Of a stretch of DNA of 64,000 bases, positions 19,001-27,330 are shown in pieces (the stretch's first letter is position 1; each line of letters begins with the position of its first letter). Location of the stretch: positions 1 to 64,000 of IMG/VR virus record IMGVR_UViG_3300043424_000316; one strand, 5' to 3'. The translations under genes and the position numbers were made by a program. This stretch comes from a virus. A model generated the notes under the pieces. It had not been told where the DNA came from and searched no databases. It was given only the letters and a program-made list of their open reading frames with translations.

Positions 19001-20385
19001 AATACAGATGACCAGTTGGTCAATGTTCCGATTTGAACTGGAGAAGATATGTTGCCAGTTACACCAATTCCTAATTGACCAAAGTTATTTTCACCCCAAC
19101 CCCACAATGTTCCATCGGTTTTTATTGCCATGGTATAACTCATACCTGCAGAAATCTGAGACCAATTACTTAATGTTCCGATTTGAACAGGAGATGATCT
19201 ATTAGTATTGGTGCCAATTCCTAGTTGACCGGCAGTATTTCCACCCCATCCCCATAATGTTCCAGTTGTTTTAATTGCCATAGTAAATGAGGCACCAGAT
19301 GAAATTTTTGACCAATCGGTTTGTGCCCCAATTTGAACTGGAGATGATCTACTGGTAGTTACGCCACTTCCTAATTGTCCAGATGTATTAGTTCCCCACG
19401 ACCAAAGCGTACCAGTATTTCTTATCGCCATGGTAAATGAGTTTCCAGCTGAAATCTCTGTCCAAGAATTTAGATTTCCAATTTGAATTGGGGAAGAAAA
19501 TGTAAAATTAACTGTACCTTGTCCTATGGATCCATCCACATTAAATCCCCAACCCCACAATGTTCCATCTGTTTTAATTGCAACGGTATGATTTCCTCCA
19601 GAAAAAACTTTACTCCAATTTGTTAAAGTTCCTAATTGAACTGGAGATGATTTAAAAACAAATGATCCCGTTGTCCATAACATACCATCGGTTTCAGAAC
19701 CCCAACCCCATAATGTCCCATCGGTTTTTATCATGGTTATAGTGGCATTATTACCAACTGTTGTTGTTCCGTTTGCCCAATTTTGAGGATAATTTACAAT
19801 CGCTAATTCTGAAGCAGGTGGGTATATTGACAACCCCCCATTTGCATCAGAACCCCAACCCCATAATTTTCCATCACTTGTTATTCCAATACTGTGTTTA
19901 TTACTACTTGCATTTGGAGCTACAAAAGATGACCAATTTGTAAGCGTTCCAATTTGAACTGGAGATGAACGATTTATAGTCGTACCATCTCCTATTTGAC
20001 TACTGATATTATTTCCCCATGCCCATAACGTTCCATTTGTTCTTATAGCAATAGTTTCGGCATTGCCGGCTTTTACATTAGACCATGTATTTAGTGTACC
20101 AATTTGAACTGGAGATGATCTACTAACAGAATCATTTGTACCCAACTGTCCATCTAAATTTCTACCCCAACCCCAAAGTGTGCCATCCGTTTTAACAGCC
20201 ATCGTATGTGACGCTCCAACGGAAACCACTGACCATGTTGTTCCAGAAACAACATCTCTAAAAAATCCTTCGGAAATAGAATTATTTAATTGTCCCCAAG
20301 CGGTATTACCATTACCCCACAATTCAGTTGTTGGTATGTATGGGGTATATGATCTAGAAACATTGAGTAATATATCCTTTATCAT
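16036..20385 (-). CDS. Giant RCC1/BLIP-II repeat protein (about 28 blades); likely receptor-binding/fibre tip
   Basis: About 50-aa repeats AIKTDGTLWGWG.N..GQLG.G....RSSPVQIGTL.NWS; follows the fibre gene. Confidence 0.9.
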   Translation of the reverse strand: MIKDILLNVSRSYTPYIPTTELWGNGNTAWGQLNNSISEGFFRDVVSGTTWSVVSVGASHTMAVKTDGTLWGWGRNLDGQLGTNDSVSRSSPVQIGTLNTWSNVKAGNAETIAIRTNGTLWAWGNNISSQIGDGTTINRSSPVQIGTLTNWSSFVAPNASSNKHSIGITSDGKLWGWGSDANGGLSIYPPASELAIVNYPQNWANGTTTVGNNATITMIKTDGTLWGWGSETDGMLWTTGSFVFKSSPVQLGTLTNWSKVFSGGNHTVAIKTDGTLWGWGFNVDGSIGQGTVNFTFSSPIQIGNLNSWTEISAGNSFTMAIRNTGTLWSWGTNTSGQLGSGVTTSRSSPVQIGAQTDWSKISSGASFTMAIKTTGTLWGWGGNTAGQLGIGTNTNRSSPVQIGTLSNWSQISAGMSYTMAIKTDGTLWGWGENNFGQLGIGVTGNISSPVQIGTLTNWSSVFSGGGHVMAIKTDGTLWTWGSNNGGVFGIGDTISRSSPIQVGVLTNWNKPVLGRMTGYRYTLVINNSNQLYGAGESPYSLRQVIYSVPTQLGSTNDWSNAAICSNSTLAIKYDGTLWSWGSNTNGQLGDGTSISKISPVQIGTLTNWSSVFSGGAHVMSIKTDGTLWSWGSDSNGILGLSTNFVNRSSPVQIGTLNSWITTGLSGTNSFAIRNDNTLWLWGSINTPLSTQTGSPGGSNNQSSPVQIGTLNSWSQVSSGGTGNVVHAIDTTSRLQSIGPTTGTDLRSGINWDYVSPNQIGNITQWKMTSAGFSHTMAISSSGALWAWGINSIGQLGDNSIINKNSPVQIGTRTDWNVVESGALVTYAITNNNVLFAWGEASSGKLGINNDIVSRSSPVQVGVFTDWSSISAKGDNSAAAIRSNNTLWTWGSDNFIGTLGQNVSNVNRSVPTQVGTLTNWAKVSAGDQGHMLAVKTDGTLWGWGRNTSGQVGDGTAVNRSSPVQIGTLTNWHSVETGYLRSFGIKTDGTLWFWGNASDTLAGTNRNTYVPNKIPTDRSFKSISTGGTDFTIALATDNSIWSWGPNSFGQLGNGTITTRSSPVQIGTLSNWSQISAGSSYTMAIQTNGTLWAWGNNANGRLGTGNTTSYSSPVQVGTLNNWSKIDASFSHTMAVKTDGTLWTWGSNNNGRLGDNTTSFRSSPVQIGTLNNWSLVSAGDAHSVSIKTDGTLWGWGLNSSGQLGDGTVVTRSSPVQIGTLNNWSKIAAGITYAMAIKTDGTLWGWGANGNGQLGIGVTTNRSSPVQIGTLNNWSEVYITNTDFQVTTLAIQNNGYVWGWGTGNYQFGTANVISRSSPIQITSIPTFASASLGQYVVIGLQNDGSLWSWGLSNSGNLGYDQNFNINRSSPIQLGNDTDWLNAVISNSQSGLNNNEDSTVVVKSNNTVWVWGNNNFGQLGTGDKISRSLITQIGTQYSWISGSVGNRHSMIIRNY

Positions 20386-20394
20386 AGTATAACC

Positions 20395-22308
20395 TTATAG
20401 ATTTTGAGCACCAATAAAACCATACCAATTAGTTCCTTGATTTGTTGTAATAAAACCATAAATATCTTTTTTTCCATTTGTTGATGTAACAGATGGTGGC
20501 AATCCACCAGACCAAGTAACAGCAGAACCCCAATTCCAAACATAAGGGCTTCCATTTCCAGTTGTAACTAATGTAAAACTACCAGCATAATTTGTTGCAG
20601 GTGGATTTGTTATTGTAAAACTGTTTACATTATTATTTACAGTTACTTCAAAAACGTTAGCACTTGATAAATCAAGTGTCAATCCAGTGGGAACACCACC
20701 TATTACAACAGTTGCTTCTCTTTCTTCAATATCAGTCAATCTTGTAGTTGCTGATATAATAGCACTGCCCGTAATGTTTAATGTTGTTCCATCAAATGAT
20801 AGATTAGTCTCTGCATTGGCAGAATTAGAACTACCATCGGATGTTAGTATTCTATTATCAGATGCGTTAGAAATTGTTGAAAATCCAGTGCCAGAAGTTC
20901 CAGATGTTCCAGTTGCACCGGTTGCACCAGATGTACCACTTGTTCCAGATGTCCCATTTGCACCAGAAGTTCCAGATGTTCCAGTTGCACCGGTTGCACC
21001 GGATGTACCACTTGTTCCGGATACACCAGTAGCACCAGAAGTTCCAGATGTACCAGATGTTGCAGCAGAATAACTTGTTCCGTTTATTATCAGTGAACCA
21101 TTTATGTCCAATGAACCCGTTATATCGGTGTTTGAATAAATGGTAACACGTGAACCGTTATCAAATATATTTGAATTTGTAATGTGGTCACTACCTTGTG
21201 ATTTTGCAATATAATTTAGAGTAAGACCGGATTCGTCCCCAAGTGAACCAGTATTTCTTGGTCCAGATATAAACATTCCACCAGAATATGTTGATCCACT
21301 AACCTGTTGATATATCCATTTATTATTTTGACTATCCCATAATAATGATGATGTTGCTTGGTGTGAAAGAGAACCACTATCGTAAACAACGAGTCCACCA
21401 AATCTTTCTGCAGGTTCAAAAACATTTACTGAAATTTTAGATGAACTCACTGCAAGTTGAGATGCAGTTACATATGTTATAGATGAAGAACCGAATACAC
21501 TTAAATTTTGTGTTATTACAAGCGATCCAGTTATTATTTGATCACCAACAAGTGTAAGCAAACTTCCATTAAATGATAGATTAGTCTCTGCATTGGCAGA
21601 ATTGGAACTACCATCGGATGTTAGTATTCTATTATCAGATGCATTCGATATTGTTGAAAATCCAGTACCAGATGTTCCAGATGAACCACTGCTACCATTA
21701 AATCCAGAACTTCCAGATGAACCAGAGGTTCCAGATGATCCAGAACTTCCAGATGAACCAGAAGTTCCACTTAGACCAGTTTCACCAGATGTTCCAGACG
21801 AACCACTTGTTCCAGATGTTCCAGATGAACCACCACTTCCATTAACACCAGATGTACCAGATGTTCCAGATACACCATCTACTCCAGAAATTCCAGATGA
21901 ACCTGAACTACCTGAAGATCCGGATTCACCAGATGTTCCAGAAGATCCAGATTCACCAGATGTACCACTACTTCCACTTGTACCATTAGCTCCATTAGCT
22001 CCAGATGTTCCCGATGTACCGTTTGCTCCAGAAGTTCCCGATGTACCAGAAGAACCACTTGTTCCAGAACTTCCCGATGAACCAGAATTTCCGGATGTTC
22101 CTGATGTTCCGTTTGCACCGGAAGTTCCACTTGTACCGTTTGCTCCAGATGTTCCAGATGTTCCAGCAACACCAAATTCAACACCACCAGCAGTTACACC
22201 GTCACCGATATAAAATTTTTTGGTATCTGTTGTGTATATTGGTTCACCTTGAACAGGTGTTATACTTGTTCTATCAGCTTCCGTTCCGCGTCTTAATCGT
22301 AGTGGCAT
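20395..22308 (-). CDS. Tail fibre with Mtd-N-like N-terminus and G-T-S triplet tracts
   Basis: LRLRRGT...GEPIYTTDTKKFYIGDG N-terminal module; two (G-T/S-S)n tracts; C-terminal LDLSSANVFEVT...DIYGF domain. Confidence 0.75.
   Translation of the reverse strand: MPLRLRRGTEADRTSITPVQGEPIYTTDTKKFYIGDGVTAGGVEFGVAGTSGTSGANGTSGTSGANGTSGTSGNSGSSGSSGTSGSSGTSGTSGANGTSGTSGANGANGTSGSSGTSGESGSSGTSGESGSSGSSGSSGISGVDGVSGTSGTSGVNGSGGSSGTSGTSGSSGTSGETGLSGTSGSSGSSGSSGTSGSSGSSGFNGSSGSSGTSGTGFSTISNASDNRILTSDGSSNSANAETNLSFNGSLLTLVGDQIITGSLVITQNLSVFGSSSITYVTASQLAVSSSKISVNVFEPAERFGGLVVYDSGSLSHQATSSLLWDSQNNKWIYQQVSGSTYSGGMFISGPRNTGSLGDESGLTLNYIAKSQGSDHITNSNIFDNGSRVTIYSNTDITGSLDINGSLIINGTSYSAATSGTSGTSGATGVSGTSGTSGATGATGTSGTSGANGTSGTSGTSGATGATGTSGTSGTGFSTISNASDNRILTSDGSSNSANAETNLSFDGTTLNITGSAIISATTRLTDIEEREATVVIGGVPTGLTLDLSSANVFEVTVNNNVNSFTITNPPATNYAGSFTLVTTGNGSPYVWNWGSAVTWSGGLPPSVTSTNGKKDIYGFITTNQGTNWYGFIGAQNL
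20794..21672. repeat. Internal duplication of about 100 bp (20794-20893 and 21571-21672)
   Basis: Both copies encode GTGFSTISNASDNRILTSDGSSNSANAETNLSF and differ by only a few synonymous changes. Confidence 0.9.
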
Positions 22309-22341
22309 TAAAATACTCGTGTAAATTCAATATAAATTATT

Positions 22342-22575
22342 TTAGTTACCATTTGCATTTATCCTATTAAGCAAACTTCTAAGCAACTCCGTTTCATCAT
22401 CAGTTAATGGTGTCTGATTTGATTGAGACTGTACATTTTTTGCACCAAAGTCTGTCTCATGTTCAGATGTAGCTGGTACGGCAGTGCAACCATCTGGCCA
22501 TTGTACTTCTGAAATACCGTCCCATATAACTATATTAGTTACAAAACCATCTTCATTTATTAAAGCATATCTCAT
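22342..22575 (-). CDS. Small fibre-associated protein
   Basis: MRYALINEDGFVTNIVIWDG; ATG 22575 with AGGA SD, immediately after the fibre stop (track start 22602). Confidence 0.6.
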   Translation of the reverse strand: MRYALINEDGFVTNIVIWDGISEVQWPDGCTAVPATSEHETDFGAKNVQSQSNQTPLTDDETELLRSLLNRINANGN

Positions 22576-22577
22576 TT

Positions 22578-25190
22578 TTATCCTATACTTACTATAATAC
22601 AAATACCATTTCCACCATTACCACCACGACCACTTGCATATCCGTTATCAGAAGCAGCGCCGCCGCCACCGCCCGCGCCGTATGATCCATCACCACCGCG
22701 TCCAGTTGCTTGCCCTGTTTTGTAAGAGCCGCCGCCGCCAGGAGTCCCAACTGTCAAATAACTATAAGTAAAAGAAACTCCATCATTTCCATTACCACCG
22801 TTAGTACCTCCGGTTGAAACTGAAACTGATGGCAAAATTACAGACCAATAATCAATCGTACCACCATTTGCAGTTGTTGTACTACTTCCAGCGGCACCCG
22901 CTCCACCTGCACCTCCAAAATTTCCAGTATAAGACAAACTTTGATTTGATACTCCAGATACCGTTCCTGGACTTCCATTTGAACCATTTTGACCACCAAG
23001 TGTTGAACTAGGTGCAAAGTTACTTATTACTGAAATAGCGGCTCCTCTATTACCAGAAGAAGTTGTCCCACCATTACCACCACCAGAAGTATATGTACTT
23101 GTAAATGAACCAAAAGATGTTGCTCCACCAGGAGATCCATTATTACCGTTTGTATTATCGGTTGTTATACTTGTACCACCCGCACCACCGGCTCCAATAG
23201 TTACAGATACGCTACCAGTTACTTGTGTATTATTTAATTCAACCCATACCGATGATGCAGGAGCACCACCACCACCACCATATCGTGTAGATGTAGTTGC
23301 TTGTCTTGCACCAGATCCAGCTCCACCACCACCTCCAACTAAATAAACTTTGAAATACTTTCCCCAAGCAGGAGGAGTCCAAGTGCTTGAGGTTGTAATT
23401 GTATCTATTTGCACTTGCATTCCTGCACCACCACCTGCGGCAGACAATGTAGATCCGGACATTGTTAGTCCACTTCCGAGTATTATTTCTTCAATGTTTC
23501 CTGCACCAGTAGTTGCACGGCCGAGTAATACTGATGATGTAGTTACATTTTGTATTTTAGCGTATGTTACTACATCATTATCAATAGTCCAAATACTTCC
23601 AGAACTTGTTACGGTAATATCACCCTTGTCACCATCGGTTACTATACCAAAATTTCCACCACCACCAACATCAGTTGGTGTTGCAAATGAACCAAAATCA
23701 TATACGGCAGGTGAACTTGATGCAAAAGATGATGTTACGGCATAGGATGAACTAATCGAATAAGAAGCAGTTGTTGCCGTTGCAGCATTTCCAGATATGG
23801 ATGCACTAATGAAAGATGAATTTATCCATTTGGAATTTATATCATCATATACAAATGCTTGACGATCAGTTGGACCAGATATATTTACATCAGATAATCC
23901 AGTTAGCAGTGTTGTTACAGGAGATCCACCACCTCCTGCCCCACCAACAGACCTAAATAAACCACCAGGTGATATTTGATAATCATTTGATGTATTAAAA
24001 GTTCCATTACCTTTTATGACAATAGCACCAAGATAAACTGCATTTTGTTGAGTATTTGGTGTTTCATTAAAAGTTTCTATTTCAAGATTTGTTAATGCTT
24101 CGTTTATAGTCCCATATTCAACACTACCGTAATAAACAACAATACCTTTTGTTGCACTATTTGGGTACCAGAATACTCTCTGTATTGTAAATTTTGATGG
24201 ACTTGTTGTGGTTAATATACCGTCATTATTTGGATTATAGTTTCCAGGATCAATTACTGTATATCCAAGACCACCGTTAGTATCTTGGACAAAAGATGAG
24301 CCAGATTGATAATATCTAAAAATTTTAGATACCGATGTTCCAGGATCAACAATATAACTTGGATTATTCGGATCAACTTGATAATTTCTACCGTCAGCAA
24401 ATGCAGTTCCACTACTAACCGTCAAACCTAATGATGACGATGGAACTATTGTTAGACCAGAAAGTTTAAGTGGTCCAAATGCCTTTATGAAATCATATGT
24501 TCTTTGTTTGTAACCATATGCGGTATTTGGATATGTAATTGTACCGTTTATTGTACTTAAATTCTGATGTAAAACTGTTCCAAGTGAAATTTTAGTATTA
24601 TACTCCCCATTGTTAAATGGTTGAGTTTGTTGTGTAATTCCACCACCACTCCCTATTCCAAGAAATGTTTGAATGGATGAAGTTCTATATGTTAAGGTTT
24701 GTGATGTATATGTTGGCCAGTTTACAAACTCTATGGTTGGATAAGGATCGGTATTTATACTTGCATTTAGATTAACAATAATTCCACTACCAGATGATAC
24801 ATTAAATGTTGTTGAAGAAGCAGATGTAATCAATCCACCGTGCAACAATCCAGTATACATATTCCCTTCTAACCAACGAAGACGGATTGTATTGGTAAAT
24901 GCACCATTGTATTGAGTGAAGTATAAATCGTTTGTTGAACCACTTGTGTAGATATACGAAGCGGATTTATCAGTAGGTATTGCTAAATCTGCAACTGGTT
25001 GTAAACCGATATAACCAACAATGTCTTCACTGCCAGTTATGTATAAACTACCGGTTAAATTTGTTCTACCAATAAGTGTATTAGAACCCGTTGTAACCAA
25101 TGATCCAGTTATTACGATACCATTAGAAGCAGTTACAGATGCAAGGTGTGCCTGACTACCACTTACTATAAGTTTTTTCCAATTAGACAA
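22578..25190 (-). CDS. Tail fibre-like protein with C-terminal glycine-rich domain
   Basis: TTG start with GGAG SD; N-terminal WKKLIVSGS; C-terminal TWTPP...KVYLVGGGGG...GGNGICIIVS glycine-rich adhesin-type domain. Confidence 0.7.
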   Translation of the reverse strand: MSNWKKLIVSGSQAHLASVTASNGIVITGSLVTTGSNTLIGRTNLTGSLYITGSEDIVGYIGLQPVADLAIPTDKSASYIYTSGSTNDLYFTQYNGAFTNTIRLRWLEGNMYTGLLHGGLITSASSTTFNVSSGSGIIVNLNASINTDPYPTIEFVNWPTYTSQTLTYRTSSIQTFLGIGSGGGITQQTQPFNNGEYNTKISLGTVLHQNLSTINGTITYPNTAYGYKQRTYDFIKAFGPLKLSGLTIVPSSSLGLTVSSGTAFADGRNYQVDPNNPSYIVDPGTSVSKIFRYYQSGSSFVQDTNGGLGYTVIDPGNYNPNNDGILTTTSPSKFTIQRVFWYPNSATKGIVVYYGSVEYGTINEALTNLEIETFNETPNTQQNAVYLGAIVIKGNGTFNTSNDYQISPGGLFRSVGGAGGGGSPVTTLLTGLSDVNISGPTDRQAFVYDDINSKWINSSFISASISGNAATATTASYSISSSYAVTSSFASSSPAVYDFGSFATPTDVGGGGNFGIVTDGDKGDITVTSSGSIWTIDNDVVTYAKIQNVTTSSVLLGRATTGAGNIEEIILGSGLTMSGSTLSAAGGGAGMQVQIDTITTSSTWTPPAWGKYFKVYLVGGGGGAGSGARQATTSTRYGGGGGAPASSVWVELNNTQVTGSVSVTIGAGGAGGTSITTDNTNGNNGSPGGATSFGSFTSTYTSGGGNGGTTSSGNRGAAISVISNFAPSSTLGGQNGSNGSPGTVSGVSNQSLSYTGNFGGAGGAGAAGSSTTTANGGTIDYWSVILPSVSVSTGGTNGGNGNDGVSFTYSYLTVGTPGGGGSYKTGQATGRGGDGSYGAGGGGGAASDNGYASGRGGNGGNGICIIVSIG

Positions 25191-25220
25191 AATAGAACTC
25201 CACAGTTTATATCAATACCA

Positions 25221-25232
25221 ATAAATATGTAG
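25221..25232 (-). promoter_or_regulatory. Putative late-promoter motif (CTACATATTTAT)
   Basis: Intergenic, 30 nt upstream of the fibre start. Confidence 0.6.
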
Positions 25233-25234
25233 AA

Positions 25235-27325
25235 TTACATTTTCAATAGATTTTCAATATGAGGTTTTACCATATCAAATGTTATTGATTTTGTACATTC
25301 AAACTGTCTTTCAGTACCTTTGTGTTCTGGACACCAATTCCAATCTCCTCTATCAAACAGATGTTTAGCAAAACAACCATGACAAACATCTTTGTTTATT
25401 ACACGAATCACATCAGATTTCATTTCTTGCCATGGTTCTGAAAACCCGCTTATCAATATGGTTGGAACGTTTAATGCCCAAGAAAACCAAGTTAATCCAC
25501 TTCCCAATCCAACGAAAAACTTAGCACCTTTCAATATCGAACCAATTTCTTCCAATGATTTGTTATTTATTTTAATAATACCATTTGGTTGTTTATTACC
25601 CATATATCCATCTTCTTCTTTTGAAATCAAATAAACTTCATATCCAAATGATTTTACATAATCAACTAATTCTTGCCAACCAGTTGGATTATTCCAGTAT
25701 TTTGCCTGAGCGGTCGAGTGAACTGCTATACAGATATATGGTTTATCTGTTTCATAAACTGAAAGTTGTTTTATTTTTGGTTTGATTTCCGAATAATCCA
25801 AACCGAGTATATCGGTTATGGTTTTTTGAAGTGGTATTGTATTTGGTGGATTTTCATTTATATCTGTATTAAAGTTTTTGTCATCAGTATAATACCAACC
25901 TATTTTATACGCACAATCAAAATCTAAAAAATTATCTATTTTATCCAAAAAAGTAATTTCAGGATATGATTCACTGAAAAGTGAATTGTGAAAAGAGAAT
26001 ACATATGTTTTACAATTATGTTTTTTTCTAAATTCATCAACATATGGAATCCAAGCAATAGTATCTCCTATCGAATTTGAATCAATGTATATCAATACTT
26101 TTTTATTATTCAAATCAAAATTGTGTTCTATAACATTATTTTTTGAATCAGTTATGACTATTTTCCAGTCTACAAACTTTTTCTTATTTGCCTTTGCCCA
26201 AGAATTTGTTGAAATATCCGCAGAGTATACAACTTCACCCTTTGATTTATCTATAAATTTAACGTTGTATTGTTCTGGAAATTGTCCTGTTATTTTTACC
26301 TTCGGTCCATCTATGAAATTTATATCAAGTATGTTTTCATAATTTAGACGTTTTGTATTTTCATAAATTCTTATTGCAACATTTTTCATATCAGTCTTAG
26401 ATACTGTTTCATATATTTTATCTAATTTAGATACAACATTTTTCCAATCAAAGTTCTGTACACTATCTAATGTTTTTAACTTTTCAGATTCATAGTTTTC
26501 CATAACATATTGGATTTTACTAACAATATCGTCAACATCCCTTTCAATTTGTGTAGTATGCAAATCACCAGAACAGTCTGTTGTAATAACAGGAAGTCCA
26601 GATGAAGCTGCCTCCAATATAGTTAAGGGTGGATGTCCCGCCTCTATGCTAGTCGCATGAACTAATATGGTATGATTTGAGTAGTTATCTACTAATTCAT
26701 CATCCGTCAAATCATATTTTATATCAACATTTGGTCTTAGTAAATTTCTATTCTTATCGAAAAACTGTTTATTGTTATTAGTTGGACCAATTACCGTAAT
26801 TGGTAAATTTAATTTAGTGGCCGCCTCTATTGCATATCTAAATCCTTTTCTATCGAATGTTGGATTTGAAATAACTCCGTTGTTCCCAACACAAATTATT
26901 TTATGTTCGTTTATTTCTTTTTTAATAGTATAGTTGTTTAACGAAACACCATGTTCCAAATAAATCGGAAATCCATCAAAGTATTCTATTAAGAATGGTG
27001 CAGGAACTATTGCAACTTCTGCCAATTTCATTGCCAATAAATTATCAGTGTATAATTGGGTTTCCTTTCCAGCAAGATATACATGATGATCATGACAAGT
27101 GTATATGTACGGTATTCCCTTTTTATACATTTCTAATGCATGATTCCATGCATGAACATGGACAATATCATACACACCGGATTCAATTTCATTGATATAT
27201 GGTATATCTACAATATGTCCTAATTTTTCCAATTCACATTTATATTCCCAAATTATTTTTTCAACTGCACCCCAACTATTAGGCGGAATCGGTAGTAATC
27301 CCAAATTAACTTGTGCTATTCTCAT
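25235..27325 (-). CDS. GT4 glycosyltransferase fused to TibC/Aah-type protein O-heptosyltransferase domain
   Basis: N-terminal IPPNSWGAVEKIIW...LTILEAASSGLPVI (GT4); C-terminal DINFIDGPKV, SNSIGDTIAWIPY, STAQAKYWNNPTGW, FVGLGSGLTW, ISGFS and four-Cys CHGC...WCP.H...FECTKSI. Start at MRIAQ (track start 27334). Confidence 0.82.
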   Translation of the reverse strand: MRIAQVNLGLLPIPPNSWGAVEKIIWEYKCELEKLGHIVDIPYINEIESGVYDIVHVHAWNHALEMYKKGIPYIYTCHDHHVYLAGKETQLYTDNLLAMKLAEVAIVPAPFLIEYFDGFPIYLEHGVSLNNYTIKKEINEHKIICVGNNGVISNPTFDRKGFRYAIEAATKLNLPITVIGPTNNNKQFFDKNRNLLRPNVDIKYDLTDDELVDNYSNHTILVHATSIEAGHPPLTILEAASSGLPVITTDCSGDLHTTQIERDVDDIVSKIQYVMENYESEKLKTLDSVQNFDWKNVVSKLDKIYETVSKTDMKNVAIRIYENTKRLNYENILDINFIDGPKVKITGQFPEQYNVKFIDKSKGEVVYSADISTNSWAKANKKKFVDWKIVITDSKNNVIEHNFDLNNKKVLIYIDSNSIGDTIAWIPYVDEFRKKHNCKTYVFSFHNSLFSESYPEITFLDKIDNFLDFDCAYKIGWYYTDDKNFNTDINENPPNTIPLQKTITDILGLDYSEIKPKIKQLSVYETDKPYICIAVHSTAQAKYWNNPTGWQELVDYVKSFGYEVYLISKEEDGYMGNKQPNGIIKINNKSLEEIGSILKGAKFFVGLGSGLTWFSWALNVPTILISGFSEPWQEMKSDVIRVINKDVCHGCFAKHLFDRGDWNWCPEHKGTERQFECTKSITFDMVKPHIENLLKM

Positions 27326-27330
27326 TTGTA

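Noticed and set aside
16036-20385. Eukaryotic or giant-virus origin of the contig because of RCC1 repeats and the Mre11-Rad50 fusion
   Set aside because: T4-like portal, TerL, protease, baseplate genes, SD motifs and bS21 indicate a tailed bacteriophage.
16036-22308. Diversity-generating retroelement suggested by the Mtd-N-like domain and duplicated segments
   Set aside because: No reverse transcriptase in the window; the duplicated copies are both in-frame coding and differ at synonymous sites rather than as an adenine-specific TR/VR pair.
21593-22370. Long + strand PDVP-repeat ORFs (also 33514-34287 and 20687-21073)
   Set aside because: Antisense shadows of the G-T-S codon repeats.
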